Below, piece after piece: positions 8,829 through 25,412 of a stretch of 64,000 nt of DNA (position 1 is the first letter of the stretch; each line of letters opens with the position of its first letter). Under the pieces are notes generated by a model. That model saw only the letters and a list, made by a program, of their open reading frames with translations. It searched no databases and had not been told where the DNA came from. Both the position numbers and the translations under genes were made by a program. Origin of the DNA: an uncultured candidate division Zixibacteria bacterium (GTDB lineage Bacteria; Zixibacteria; MSB-5A5; UBA10806); assembly GCA_963817915.1 (NCBI GenBank), contig CAWFQL010000012.1, positions 224,001-288,000 on the forward strand. The letters are read 5' to 3'.

Positions 8829-10823
8829 ATGAACGATTTTTTCGACAATAACAATTCGGATAATAATCTGAGACGGGGACCCGGCGGACCGGAGCAAGGA
8901 CCCCCGAGAGGAAAGCCGCCGGAGGCTGGACCGGAATTCAACTGGCAGAAAACCCTTAAGACAGTAGCGTTCTGGGCGATTATTATTCTATTGTCGTTTT
9001 GGGTTTTCAATATCTATTTCGGGGCCAAGGCCGATACAGTTGAAATTACATATTCGGAATTGATGACTCAAATAAAAAATGGCAATGTCGTCAAGGCGAC
9101 ATTCGAGGAAAGAAAAGTCCGTGGCGATTTCAAGTCGGAGTATTCCAAGACGGTGGGACGCCAGGAAGTCAGCGCCAAGAAATTCGAAAGCATGATACCA
9201 TTTACGGGCGATTCCGACCTGCTTAAGCTAATGGAAGAAAATGGCGTCTTGATTGAAGCCAAAACAGGCTCCAACTGGACAAGCCTGCTCACTTATTCAT
9301 TGCCCTGGATATTCTTGATTCTATTCTGGTTTTTTATGCTGAGGCAAATGCAGTCCGGTCCGAAAGGCATATTCTCATTCGGGAAATCGAAGGCGCGCCT
9401 TATGACCGGATCCAAACCGAAAGTGACATTCGCTGATGTCGCGGGGTGCGATGAAGCCAAGCAGGAATTGCAGGAGATTATCGAATTTTTGAAAGACGCG
9501 GGCAAATTTCAGAAGCTTGGTGGCAAAATCCCCAAGGGCGCCTTACTGCTCGGAGCTCCGGGCACAGGCAAGACGCTTCTTGCGAAAGCAGTTGCGGGCG
9601 AAGCCGGTGTACCGTTTTTCTCGATGTCGGGCAGCGATTTTGTAGAGATGTTCGTGGGAGTAGGAGCATCGAGGGTACGCGACCTTTTCGAGCAAGGGAA
9701 GCATAATGCGCCATGCATAATCTTTATCGATGAAATTGACGCTGTAGGCCGTCATCGCGGTGCCGGGCTTGGCGGCGGCCATGACGAACGCGAACAAACG
9801 TTGAATCAGCTTTTAGTTGAGATGGATGGTTTTGAATCGAATGAAGGCGTGATCCTTATCGCGGCAACTAACCGTCCGGATGTTCTCGATCCGGCGTTGT
9901 TAAGGCCGGGAAGATTCGACCGTCAGATAGTAGTCGATCAGCCCGATGTCAAAGGACGCGAAGGCATATTGAAAGTCCACGTAAAGAAGATCAAGCTTGG
10001 TGAAGATGTTGATTTGAAGATTTTGGCACGCGGCACTCCAGGCATGTCCGGTGCGGACCTGGCGAATTTGGTCAACGAAGCCGCGCTTTTGGCTGCTCGC
10101 AGAAATCATACAGTCGTGATGATGGTAGATTTCGAGGAAGCAAAGGATAAGGTCATGATGGGCACCGAAAGAAGGTCGCTGGTCATATCACCGGAAGAAA
10201 AGAAGATTACTGCCTTTCATGAGGCCGGCCATACACTTGTTGCCAAGCTGATACCAGATTCCGATCCAGTGCATAAGGTGACTATCATACCGCGCGGGCT
10301 GGCGTTGGGACTGACTCATTACTTGCCGATTGATGAACGACATACTTGGTCTAAAGAATATCTCGAAATTAGATTAGTCCATATGATGGGCGGCAGAGTG
10401 GCCGAGAAATTGAAATTCAATCAATATACTACTGGCGCCGGCAATGATCTCGAACGGGCTACGATATTGGCTCGGAAGATGGTCTGTGACTGGGGCATGT
10501 CCGAAAGGATAGGCCCGCTGGCATTCGGGAAAAAAGATGACGAAATTTTTATAGGTCGCGATTTTGCCAAGAAAAGGGATTATTCCGAAGCGACCGCGGT
10601 AGAGATCGATACTGAGATTCGTCGAATCCTGGTGGAGGCCGAGGCCAATGCTACAAAATTACTTACTGAAAATATCGGTAAGCTGGAGCTTTTGGCTGAA
10701 GCGTTGCTTGAAAAGGAAATCCTCGACGGCAATGAAATTGATGAGATACTCAAGGGGTATGGAAAACTCCCGGAAGTAACACAATTAGAAAAGAACACCC
10801 CGAATCCCGGCGATGGGGAATAG
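8829..10823 (+). CDS. ftsH: ATP-dependent zinc metalloprotease FtsH
   Basis: Two TM helices, Walker [17 protein letters not shown]. Confidence 0.98.
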   Translation: MNDFFDNNNSDNNLRRGPGGPEQGPPRGKPPEAGPEFNWQKTLKTVAFWAIIILLSFWVFNIYFGAKADTVEITYSELMTQIKNGNVVKATFEERKVRGDFKSEYSKTVGRQEVSAKKFESMIPFTGDSDLLKLMEENGVLIEAKTGSNWTSLLTYSLPWIFLILFWFFMLRQMQSGPKGIFSFGKSKARLMTGSKPKVTFADVAGCDEAKQELQEIIEFLKDAGKFQKLGGKIPKGALLLGAPGTGKTLLAKAVAGEAGVPFFSMSGSDFVEMFVGVGASRVRDLFEQGKHNAPCIIFIDEIDAVGRHRGAGLGGGHDEREQTLNQLLVEMDGFESNEGVILIAATNRPDVLDPALLRPGRFDRQIVVDQPDVKGREGILKVHVKKIKLGEDVDLKILARGTPGMSGADLANLVNEAALLAARRNHTVVMMVDFEEAKDKVMMGTERRSLVISPEEKKITAFHEAGHTLVAKLIPDSDPVHKVTIIPRGLALGLTHYLPIDERHTWSKEYLEIRLVHMMGGRVAEKLKFNQYTTGAGNDLERATILARKMVCDWGMSERIGPLAFGKKDDEIFIGRDFAKKRDYSEATAVEIDTEIRRILVEAEANATKLLTENIGKLELLAEALLEKEILDGNEIDEILKGYGKLPEVTQLEKNTPNPGDGE

Positions 10824-11381
10824 ATGGATAAAGACAAAATCAAAAAGGGAGTTGATTTAATATTGGAGGGTCTTGGTGTCGATGGCCACTCAGAGGGGCT
10901 AAAGGATACGTCTACCAGGGTAGCAAATTTTTATGCGGAATTTTTCGCCGGGCTAACTGAAAATCCGAGAGAATCTCTAAAGCTTTATCATGCGGATAAC
11001 CGCGATGAGCTTATAATAGCCAAGGACATTTCATTTTTCTCGATGTGCGAGCATCATTTGCTGCCGTTTTTTGGATGGGTACATCTGGCGTATATACCGG
11101 AGAATAACACTATTGCCGGATTTTCCAGGCTGGTGCGGATGGTGGAATTGATATCGCGCCGTCCTCAGATTCAGGAGAGAATGACTACTGAAATTGCGGA
11201 TACGATAGTCGAAGTACTGCATCCAAAGGGCGTTTTGGTTATTGTCGAGGCCGAACAGCTTTGCTTGACGATGAGGGGCCTGCGTCAGCCGGATATCAAG
11301 ACTATCAGCTCCGCGGTTCGTGGAGCGTTGAAGAACGAAGCCACGCGGCAGGAAGCTCTGTCGCTCATTAAATCAACTTAA
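10824..11381 (+). CDS. folE: GTP cyclohydrolase I
   Basis: SMCEHHLLPF, RPQIQERMT, LC..MRG. Confidence 0.95.
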   Translation: MDKDKIKKGVDLILEGLGVDGHSEGLKDTSTRVANFYAEFFAGLTENPRESLKLYHADNRDELIIAKDISFFSMCEHHLLPFFGWVHLAYIPENNTIAGFSRLVRMVELISRRPQIQERMTTEIADTIVEVLHPKGVLVIVEAEQLCLTMRGLRQPDIKTISSAVRGALKNEATRQEALSLIKST

Positions 11382-11396
11382 GATTTTATCGGAGGG

Positions 11397-12226
11397 ATGA
11401 TGTCTGCGTCGATAAAGGGGTTGGGGGAAAGACCTCTTATAATGGGGATTTTAAATATTACCCCTGATTCATTTTCCGATGGCGGCAGATATTTCGATCA
11501 TCATTCGGCTCTAAAACATGCGCTCCATATGGTTGAATCGGGCGCCGATATTATAGATATTGGCGGAGAATCATCTCGTCCCGGTTCCGAGGGTGTCTCC
11601 GTTGAGGAAGAAATAAAAAGAGTGCTGCCGGTAATAAAGGATTTGAAAAAGAAATCGCATATCCCAATCTCAATTGACACGACTAAATTCGAAGTTGCCG
11701 AAAAAGCAATCGACGCCGGCGCGACTATAATCAATGATATTTCGGGTCTGCAATCGGATGAGAAAATTGCCGAGCTAGCCGCCAAAGCGAAAAGTTATCT
11801 GATATTGATGCATATGCGCGGCAAGCCCAACGATATGCAAAATAATGTTGAATACAATGACTTGATCGGGGAAATATCCAGATTCTTCAAAACCGCGACC
11901 GAGAAAGCAATCGGCCTGGGCGTGTCTAAAGACAAGATAATAATCGATCCTGGCATCGGATTCGGAAAATCGGTTGAAGGCAATTATCAATTAATAAAAA
12001 ATTTGAATCGCTTCTTTGATTTGGAATTTCCGATAATGGTTGGCGTATCGAGAAAGTCATTTATTGGAAAGACGCTTGATTTGGATGTCGATCAGAGGCT
12101 CGAAGGTTCGCTTGCCGCGGCGTGCTACGCTATCCTGAATGGAGCGGATATTGTGAGAGTACATGATGTCAAAGAGACCAAAAGGGCAGTGAGCATTATA
12201 GAGCAGATCGCCAGGGCGGAAATGGC

Positions 12227-12230
<4 letters not shown>
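11397..12230 (+). CDS. folP: Dihydropteroate synthase
   Basis: MGILNITPDSFSDGG, DPGIGFGK, SRKSFIG, RVHDV. Confidence 0.97.
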
Positions 12231-15061
<2,831 letters not shown>

Positions 15062-15062
<1 letters not shown>

Positions 15063-15328
15063 TGGTAGAACGAGTAATCACAATTATCAACAAACTTGGT
15101 CTCCATGCACGGCCGGCGGCGCAAATAGTGCAGAAAGCCTCAAAATATGAATCGGAAATCAAGCTCAAGCGCGAAAATCTCGAAGTCAACGCCAAGAGCA
15201 TTATGGGTGTAATGATGCTGGCGGCCGAAATGGGATCGCGGATCGTGATAATTGCGGAAGGTCCAGACGAGAAAGATGCTGTCGAAGGCATCGCCCAAGT
15301 CATTAATGCCAAATTTGGAGAGGAATAG
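15062..15328 (+). CDS. ptsH: Phosphocarrier HPr
   Basis: GLHARPA, NAKSIMG. Confidence 0.96.
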
Positions 15329-15332
15329 GAAT

Positions 15333-17142
15333 TTGGCTGATAATAATGAAGAAATCTATCGAGGTGTTCCGGCATCGCCCGGTATTGTAATCGGGATAAC
15401 GCGTTCTCTTTCGCGCGCGATGGATTCTCTCACGCCAGGAGCCGATTGATGATCCCGTCAGTCCGAAATAGAAGCTTTTCGCTCCGCTATTAATAATATT
15501 AAAAAGAATTTAGAGAGTATTGTAGAAAAAGTAAATCAGCGGGTGGGCCCTGAATTCGCAAGAATATTCGAGGCCCAGGCGCTGATTGTTTCTGACGATG
15601 TGTGGAATCAAGACTATCGAGAAACGGATCGAAAAAGAGAAAATTTGCGCCGAATATATCTATCACGACGAATCCCAAAAAGTGATAAAACGACTGGAGG
15701 AATCGGAAGATTCATACCTTAAAGAGCGCATTCACGATATCCAGGCGGTGACAAGCAGATTGATCAGCCGCATGAAAGGCGATAAGCAGGTTTCGCTCAA
15801 GAACCTTAAAGGCGCGACCGTCGTCGCGGCACGTTATCTTTCGCCTGCGGATATTCTTGGGTTATCGGTCAGAAAGAATCTGGCCTTTTGCACATCAATT
15901 GGCGGGGCGACCTCGCATATGACATTAATAGCCAAATCACTTTCAATTCCGGCAGTATGCGGCCTGGGCGAAATCGCCGAGAAAATTCCATCGGATGTTC
16001 GAGTAGTCATTGATGGTTACGCAGGATTACTTATTGTCAATCCATCCCGGGCAACTATCAAGCATTATAGGTTACTCAAGCAATCCGAAACGCAGTTGAA
16101 AAGACAATTGGCGCAGTTAAAGGCCAAGCCTTCGATAACCAAAGACGGTTACGAAGTAGCAATCCTTTCCAATATCGAATTACCGAACGAAATACCCAAG
16201 GCTCTGGCCGCAGGCTCTCAGGGGGTCGGGCTATATAGAACTGAATATCTTTTTCTAACTCGGGCGGATTTTCCATCGATGGAAGAACAATATAAGACTT
16301 ATTCTTCCATCCTTCGAAAGATGGGGAAAAAGCCGGTAGTTATTCGCACATTCGATCTTGGAGGAGATAAATTTCCCGAGGTCGCCGGAAAAAAATTCGA
16401 GCTGAATCCGTTTCTTGGATGGCGTGCAATCAGGGTGTGCCTCGACCGTCCCGATATATTCAAGCCTCAGATTAAGGCATTATTAAAAGCATCGCGCTGG
16501 GGCAACCTCGCGATCATGATTCCTATGATCTCCAATTATGAAGAATTGATGGCGACAAAGGCTATTATCGAAGAATGCAAATCGGAACTTCGACGGGAAA
16601 AAACGCAAATTAAGGAAAATATTCCTATTGGCGTCATGATCGAAGTGCCATCGGCGGTGATGATTGCCGATCATCTGGCCAGAGAGTGTGATTTTTTCTC
16701 GATAGGCACCAACGACCTGATTCAATACTCATTGGCGGTGGATAGAAGTAATGAGTATTTGTCCAAGCTTTATCAGAGCTTCCATCCGGCGGTGCTTTCG
16801 CTAATTAAGATGTCAATCGATGCCGCTCATCGCCATAGAATCAAAATAAGTGTTTGCGGAGAACTGGCAGCCGATCCGCTGGCCTCGGTGTTACTTGTAG
16901 GACTGGGGATAGATGAACTCTCAGCGAGCTTTCATTCGACAGGCATATTAAAGAGGATTATTCGTTCGATCAAATTTTCGACTGCTCGGGAAATAGCGGG
17001 GAAAACATTAGGTATGAAAAGCGGCATTGAGGTCGAATCCTTCTTAAAAGAAGAGATAAGTCATCATTTCCCGGACCTAAAGCCGGTAATACAATTTTCG
17101 GGAAGGGGCTCCAATGGCGGAAATTCAACAGCTCAAAAATAA
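15333..17142 (+). CDS. ptsI: PTS enzyme I; 5' part disrupted (TGATGA at 15447, shift ~15606)
   Basis: GVPASPGIVIG, ATSH, GLYRTEYL, NPFLGWRAIR, SIGTNDL, CGE; TTG start at 15333. Confidence 0.92.
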
Positions 17143-18172
17143 ATTAGACTCAAAAGATATGTATGGAATGATCCAGAGTATGCCGGATCATCTTATCGAT
17201 GGTATCGCCATTGGACAGTCTGCCGACCTGCATAATCTTGAGACAGAATCATTTCATAATATAGTGGTATCCGGCATGGGCGGATCGGCGATTGGCGGCG
17301 ATATCGTTCGATGTTATCTCTCGTCGGAATTGCAGATACCGTTTCAGGTGCAAAGACATTATGCGCTCCCAGGATGCGTGAATCTTAAGACTCTGGTAAT
17401 CTGCTCGTCATATTCCGGCAATACCGAGGAGACTATTTCAGCTTATGGCAATGCCCTTGATAGTGGCGCCAAGATAGTTGTCATCTCAACAGGTGGGAAG
17501 TTGGGAGAGATGGCGGTAAAAGACGGCGTGCCATTGGTAAAAATAAAGCCTGGTCTTCCTCCGCGGGCGGCCCTGGGGTATTCAGTAGCGCCATTATTGA
17601 TGTTGCTGTATCGGCTTGGATTAAGTGAATTTTCAGAAATAGAAATAATGAAGACAGCGCAATTTATGAAGGGAGAGGCCAAGCGATACTCTCCGGATAA
17701 CTCAAACAATGCGGCTCTAATACTTGCACAGGAGCTTCATAAATCCATTCCTCTGATTTATACATCTTTTGGACGATTCGATTCAGTGGGCTTGAGATTT
17801 AAGGGGCAGATTTCCGAGAACGCCAAAGCTCTGGCTTTCACAAATTCATTCCCCGAGGTAAATCACAATGAGCTGGTCGGCTGGGAAATACTGAATGATC
17901 TCGATAAAAAATACGCTGTGGTAATGTTTAAGGACCGACAGGATCACCCTCGAATTAAATTGGGCATGGAGATTGTAGAGGGCTATTTGCGCGATAAGGG
18001 AATAAGAGTAGGTGTTGTAGAAAGTAGGGGAGAATCTGTTCTTGAAAGAATGTTCAGCCTGATTCAATTCGGCGACTACGCGAGCTATTACCTGGCTCTC
18101 TTGAATAATGTCGATCCATTCCCCGTTACCCCGATAGATTATCTGAAAAATAAATTGGCTAACTTGAGTTGA
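17114..18172 (+). CDS. Bifunctional phosphoglucose/phosphomannose isomerase
   Basis: GMGGSAIGG, SYSGNTEET, PRAA, ENAK, PEVNHNE. Confidence 0.92.
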   Translation: MAEIQQLKNKLDSKDMYGMIQSMPDHLIDGIAIGQSADLHNLETESFHNIVVSGMGGSAIGGDIVRCYLSSELQIPFQVQRHYALPGCVNLKTLVICSSYSGNTEETISAYGNALDSGAKIVVISTGGKLGEMAVKDGVPLVKIKPGLPPRAALGYSVAPLLMLLYRLGLSEFSEIEIMKTAQFMKGEAKRYSPDNSNNAALILAQELHKSIPLIYTSFGRFDSVGLRFKGQISENAKALAFTNSFPEVNHNELVGWEILNDLDKKYAVVMFKDRQDHPRIKLGMEIVEGYLRDKGIRVGVVESRGESVLERMFSLIQFGDYASYYLALLNNVDPFPVTPIDYLKNKLANLS

Positions 18173-18179
18173 GGAGTAT

Positions 18180-19151
18180 ATGAAAGCAATAATACCCGCG
18201 GCTGGAATCGGGTCTCGTTTGAGACCGCATACGCATACGGCGCCCAAAGCATTGCTGCATGTAGCGGGCAAACCGATTTTGGGACATATTCTCGACGAGC
18301 TCAGGGCATTCGGTATCAAGGAGGTCGTGATAGTCGTCGGGTTCATGGGCGAGAAAATAATCGAGTATGTAAAATCCAACTATAATATTAAGGCCAATTT
18401 TGTCGCGCAAGAGGAGCTAAAAGGACTCGGCTGGGCCATATATCTGACCAGAGAATTTTTCAATGATGAACCGCTGCTCATAATTTTGGGTGATACCATC
18501 TTCGAGACCGACCTCGAAAGTGTACTCTCAGGATCTTTCGATTCCATCGGCACCAAGATAGTTGAGGATCCAAGAAGATTCGGCATTGCTGAAACCGATG
18601 GCGAATTCGTGACTTCATTGGTGGAAAAGCCGGAGCATCCTACCTCGAATCAGGCGCTTGTGGGGATTTATCATATAAAATCCACTCCTCTATTTTCCAA
18701 ATGCCTGGAAGAACTCGTGGCAAAAAAGATTACAACGCGCGGCGAGTATCAATTGACCGACGCGCTGGGCTTAATGATAAAGCACGGATGCAAGATGACT
18801 ACTTTCAATGTCGAAGGGTGGTTTGATTGCGGAAAGCCGGAGGCATTGCTTGAGACTAACCGCTACCTGCTTTCACAGATAAAATCGGTGAATCATCGAG
18901 AAAATAATATTATCGTGCCGCCTGTTTTCATTTCCAAATCAGCAATCATAGAGCATTCGGTGATAGGCCCATATGTCTCGGTCGGTGACGATGCCAAGAT
19001 TACGCGATCAGTTATCAAGGATTCTATTATCTCGGAATCGGCCGAAGTCAGCGATTGCATATTGGATGGCTCTCTGGTCGGGAATAATTCGATCATCACA
19101 GGACATTATCAGAAAGTCAATTTAGGCGATTCATCGGAAATCGGCTTCTGA
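18180..19151 (+). CDS. Sugar-phosphate nucleotidyltransferase (glucose-1-P thymidylyltransferase-like, C-terminal beta-helix)
   Basis: PAAGIGSRLRP, EKP, GEYQLTDAL, WFDCG, hexapeptide repeats. Confidence 0.88.
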   Translation: MKAIIPAAGIGSRLRPHTHTAPKALLHVAGKPILGHILDELRAFGIKEVVIVVGFMGEKIIEYVKSNYNIKANFVAQEELKGLGWAIYLTREFFNDEPLLIILGDTIFETDLESVLSGSFDSIGTKIVEDPRRFGIAETDGEFVTSLVEKPEHPTSNQALVGIYHIKSTPLFSKCLEELVAKKITTRGEYQLTDALGLMIKHGCKMTTFNVEGWFDCGKPEALLETNRYLLSQIKSVNHRENNIIVPPVFISKSAIIEHSVIGPYVSVGDDAKITRSVIKDSIISESAEVSDCILDGSLVGNNSIITGHYQKVNLGDSSEIGF

Positions 19152-19215
19152 AAATCTAAATCTTCATTGAAATTTTCGATTCTTCCTATTCGCAAAGAAT
19201 GTATAGAAGATTTAC

Positions 19216-19244
19216 TTGCCATTTATAGGCGTCATGTTTAAATT
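19216..19244 (+). promoter_or_regulatory. Candidate sigma70 promoter of metK-ahcY
   Basis: TTGCCA-17 bp-TAAATT. Confidence 0.45.
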
Positions 19245-19299
19245 CACGGTCGTGTTTTGAGTAGGATAGTAATTTTTTAATAAATATCAGAGAGGTCAA

Positions 19300-21736
<2,437 letters not shown>

Positions 21737-21887
21737 GGCCGTTGGCGGTTTTTGTTCAATAAATGACGGCTGTTTTCTTTTTGAAACATTTTTGTGTTTT
21801 ATTATAAAACAACTTTAATATTTCCGCCGGAGATGCCGAATAAATTGATAGTTGTCTGTTAGCTATACAATACAAGGAGGTTTATTC

Positions 21888-22091
21888 ATGCCTACTGGCG
21901 TGGTCAAATGGTTTGACGAAAAAAAAGGGTTTGGTTTTATCAAACCACCAGATGGCAGCACCGACATCTTCGTGCATTACTCGGCCATCAAGGATGAGGG
22001 TTTCAAGACACTTGCGCAGGGACAAATGGTGGATTATAGTTGCACCATGGGCCCGAGAGGACCTCAGGCTACGGAGGTGGTGAAACTTTAG
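21888..22091 (+). CDS. Cold-shock protein
   Basis: [29 protein letters not shown] before ATG 21888. Confidence 0.95.
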   Translation: MPTGVVKWFDEKKGFGFIKPPDGSTDIFVHYSAIKDEGFKTLAQGQMVDYSCTMGPRGPQATEVVKL

Positions 22092-22110
22092 TTCAGTTCA
22101 CATAGCAATG

Positions 22111-22141
22111 AAAAATCCCGGTTGTTGCCGGGATTTTTTTT
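22111..22141. terminator. Bidirectional Rho-independent terminator
   Basis: AAAAATCCCGG-TTGTTG-CCGGGATTTTTTTT between convergent genes. Confidence 0.85.
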
Positions 22142-22168
22142 GCGCAAAATTTATCTGGATTGTTCTTT

Positions 22169-23671
22169 TTATTTCAGCAAAAGCATTTTGGTGCTATTTG
22201 ATCTGCCGCCGCATTCGATCCAGGCGAAATACACGCCCGACGGAAAATTCGAGGCATTCCATTTGATCCTGTGCTCGCCGGCATTTTGATTACCATCAAT
22301 GAGCGTGATAATTTTCTGGCCGCATAGATTGTAAATATTCAATTTTACGGTTCCCGACGACACAGTTGAATAATTCAAAACCGTCTCAGCGTTGAATGGA
22401 TTAGGGTAAGATGAAATGGATGATATTTTATCTGGCACTTGGTTGTCATTTCCTATGCCGGTCGTACCCGTGACCATTATCTGCGATTCGCTATCCGGTA
22501 TTGAATATTCACCGCAACCAGTCCTGGCGAAGACAGTATAGTAAGCTATCTGATTTTGGGGAACGATGTCGCCCAGATACTGCTGGTCGGGTCCTTCGTA
22601 TACGATGTCACCATCGAAGGGGGTCATAGGAAATCCATCGTAGCTTTTTCGCAAAATTGCCGTATTGAATACCGAAAGCCAAATGGGATTTGTCCAAAAA
22701 ATATTCGCCACATTGTCAATAACTTCGGCTCTAATTCCTATCACCTTCAGGCCGGGAGATTCAGCGCGATTATATGCTCCCCTCGATGGGAAACCATCAT
22801 TGTAGGCCCTTGCCAGAGTCTGATCATTAAATCCCCACCAAAAACCATCACCTTCCCAGTCGGGTCTCCAATGAACTTGACCGTCAGGAGAAAGTCCGAA
22901 GCTTATATTTTCACCGTGATCCGATGACCATCCAACTTCATCAAGCAATACGCCAAAATTGTCTAGCAAGTAAATATTGTCTTCCGAGACGCCCGGCGAA
23001 AAATCCTGAGGATAGCGGGCCTGATCAAGGATATAAAATGAAAGACCTGCCATTACGGTCCCCTCGGCGATTATAAGTCGAGAATTGCAGATTATTTGGT
23101 ATCCGGAAATATCGACCGTGTTATCGGAGCTATTGTAGAGTTCGACATATCCGCAATTATCATTCCAGGTGCAGCGAGGACTGACCTCATTAATTGAAAT
23201 CGTCGTATCATTCCATGTCCATCCGGCTACGCTGAAATCCCGTTCCCCGGGATTAGGGTATGGCTGAAAGTTAAAATTGCCGTGACCTTCATAGAAATCT
23301 ACCGCCGATTCATTGGGCAAAGGAGCGGCATCATATCCGTGAATCCCATATGATGGCCCATATACAAAGACATCGTTGCCGCATATCTCTATTTCATCGC
23401 CTGACGGATTCAGCGTAAAACCAGACGTATTATTCTGATCAAGAATCAGATAGACACCCGCCTCGAGTGTAACCCCAGAATTTACTCTCGCAGAATCGCT
23501 CGATGTCCGAATAATGCAATTTGAAAGATCAACATCAATGATAGAGTAAACTTCGACCCAAACAGGATTGGTGGAAAATTCGGTTATGAAAGTCGGCGGC
23601 AATGGATTTGGCGATGCGATATTAAATATACTAAAGCTCAATAGCGCCATTGAGATAATTATCTTTTTCAT
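22169..23671 (-). CDS. Secreted protein with lamin-tail-like domains and a T9SS/FlgD-Ig-type C-terminal domain
   Basis: GGAGG RBS, signal peptide, INEV...YVELYN..VDISGY, tail SYPNPFN...IYNL.GQ...SGVYF...KMLLLK. Confidence 0.8.
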   Translation of the reverse strand: MKKIIISMALLSFSIFNIASPNPLPPTFITEFSTNPVWVEVYSIIDVDLSNCIIRTSSDSARVNSGVTLEAGVYLILDQNNTSGFTLNPSGDEIEICGNDVFVYGPSYGIHGYDAAPLPNESAVDFYEGHGNFNFQPYPNPGERDFSVAGWTWNDTTISINEVSPRCTWNDNCGYVELYNSSDNTVDISGYQIICNSRLIIAEGTVMAGLSFYILDQARYPQDFSPGVSEDNIYLLDNFGVLLDEVGWSSDHGENISFGLSPDGQVHWRPDWEGDGFWWGFNDQTLARAYNDGFPSRGAYNRAESPGLKVIGIRAEVIDNVANIFWTNPIWLSVFNTAILRKSYDGFPMTPFDGDIVYEGPDQQYLGDIVPQNQIAYYTVFARTGCGEYSIPDSESQIMVTGTTGIGNDNQVPDKISSISSYPNPFNAETVLNYSTVSSGTVKLNIYNLCGQKIITLIDGNQNAGEHRIKWNASNFPSGVYFAWIECGGRSNSTKMLLLK

Positions 23672-23700
23672 ATTAAAACACCTCCAGTTACCAATATAGA

Positions 23701-24303
23701 TTACTTTTCTATTTTTCGCAACCAATAAATAGTCATATCCTGCCGCGGCATGAAATCCTTTTTTGTGCTCCAGTAAATGCTATTATTACCATTGGCGTTA
23801 CTGCTGTCTGCTTCAGGCCAGGTTTTGACATCACGATATTCAGCAGGTACTTTAAATTTATATGCCGCATCTTTCAATGGCTCACCCCAGGCGGCGGTAG
23901 ATGTCAGTACATATCTTGCGGATGTTGAATGGATTTTTTGAACATATTCGATATACCATTTCGATATTTGCTTTGGTATAAGAGGGATCGTCAAATGTAC
24001 CCTGTTTTGTTCTCGGATATGCTTGATTTTTACATCAATCGTATCTCCACTGTCCGAAATCGTGTAGGCTCTGACAAACGATGGATATTCGGAAAGGCTA
24101 TCTACATAAAATGGAAACAAAACCGGCATTGGGCCGCTGGTTGAAGTATTGTTTTTGAAATAATAAACGCCATCAATCCTGACCGAACTATCATTCACGC
24201 TCATGGTTATTTCTTCCTGATAAAACTCAATCGGACCTTTGGCATGAATTGTTGCCGCGAAAAGCAAGCCGCAAAATACTGATATGAAATTGACATGCTT
24301 CAT
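23701..24303 (-). CDS. Exported hypothetical protein (DUF4424-like)
   Basis: Signal peptide; YYFKN, FP, YVLTSTAAWGEPL pattern. Confidence 0.55.
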   Translation of the reverse strand: MKHVNFISVFCGLLFAATIHAKGPIEFYQEEITMSVNDSSVRIDGVYYFKNNTSTSGPMPVLFPFYVDSLSEYPSFVRAYTISDSGDTIDVKIKHIREQNRVHLTIPLIPKQISKWYIEYVQKIHSTSARYVLTSTAAWGEPLKDAAYKFKVPAEYRDVKTWPEADSSNANGNNSIYWSTKKDFMPRQDMTIYWLRKIEK

Positions 24304-24320
24304 AATTTGAAATTGAATTT

Positions 24321-25412
24321 CTATTTTCTAGCCCGTATCAATAGAAATAGTCCGACCGCCAAAAAGACGATATTTCCTATAGATGCCGCAAGCAGCGGCG
24401 AAATTTTGCCATTATTGCCTAGGCTTTGGCCTATTCGCACTAATACAAAGAATATAAATGATATTATGATTGAAATTCCGAAGCCGACTGAAGGCCCCGA
24501 ACGACGCGGATTGGATGCCAGCGGCGCGCCGATCAGGACAAGTATAAAGCCTGCGAACGGAAATGTTATTTTTAAATAGAGTTCAACTTGTTCTTTCTTG
24601 AAGGGTTCGCCCAATATCCTTTTCTGGCCGATCCTTCTAAGGAGATCAAAAAATGTCATTTGTCGCGGAGGAATCTGCATTTCCGCCATCATGTCAGGTG
24701 TCTGTGTCAGAAATGGCGCCCATAAAGTGTCGAACTTGATAAAATGCTCAGTAGAATCCTTAACGTTGGAAGAAAATTCCTGCCCGACGCCATTTATAAG
24801 TACCCATCCGGAATCGCTGGGGATTAGTTTTTCCGCCGAATAGTTTTTTACGATTTTATTATCCGAAATTCTATAGACCTTCACTTTTGAGGCGATGCGG
24901 CTTTCAACATCGTATTTTTCCCCGAGGATTATCCAATCTCCTTTGCCCGTTACCTTGATATTCTGCCTGGTAATTCTCGAGACTACCTGGTTTTTTTTTA
25001 TCTGATATTCCATTATGTCATCTTTGCGTCTTTCGCATCCGGTAAGCACGAATTCGCCGAATACCATGACGCCGATCGAAAGGAAAAAAGCCGTAATAAG
25101 AATAGGGCTCGCGATTCGATACAAGCTCAAACCGGAGGCCTTTAAGATATCCAGTTCGTGGTTTTTGGCCAGCGAGCCCACGGAAAATAAAACCGAGACC
25201 AGCATTGCTACCGGAAACGCCAGGATAATATAGAATGGCATGTAATTGATGTAATATACGGCCATGACTCCGATCGTGGAATCATACCTTTGCATAATGC
25301 GCCAGCCTCGTTCGACAAAATCAACCACGAATACAATCAAGCTAAATGAGACCAACGTGGCAGCCAGCGACCCCAGATATTTTCCGAGTATGTAACGGTC
25401 TATGATTTTCAT
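24321..25412 (-). CDS. lptG: LPS export permease LptG
   Basis: IDRYI, NHELDILKASGLS, 3TM-beta-jellyroll-3TM layout. Confidence 0.85.
   Translation of the reverse strand: MKIIDRYILGKYLGSLAATLVSFSLIVFVVDFVERGWRIMQRYDSTIGVMAVYYINYMPFYIILAFPVAMLVSVLFSVGSLAKNHELDILKASGLSLYRIASPILITAFFLSIGVMVFGEFVLTGCERRKDDIMEYQIKKNQVVSRITRQNIKVTGKGDWIILGEKYDVESRIASKVKVYRISDNKIVKNYSAEKLIPSDSGWVLINGVGQEFSSNVKDSTEHFIKFDTLWAPFLTQTPDMMAEMQIPPRQMTFFDLLRRIGQKRILGEPFKKEQVELYLKITFPFAGFILVLIGAPLASNPRRSGPSVGFGISIIISFIFFVLVRIGQSLGNNGKISPLLAASIGNIVFLAVGLFLLIRARK

Noticed and set aside
15447..15452. In-frame TGATGA in ptsI as selenocysteine or stop-codon reassignment
   Set aside because: TGA ends many intact genes in this window; removing three extra bases restores an EI-like ...EPIDDPQSEIEAF sequence, matching the +1 error pattern
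19152..19299. SAM riboswitch upstream of metK
   Set aside because: No SAM-I/II conserved elements; the gap is mostly taken up by a promoter and a short leader
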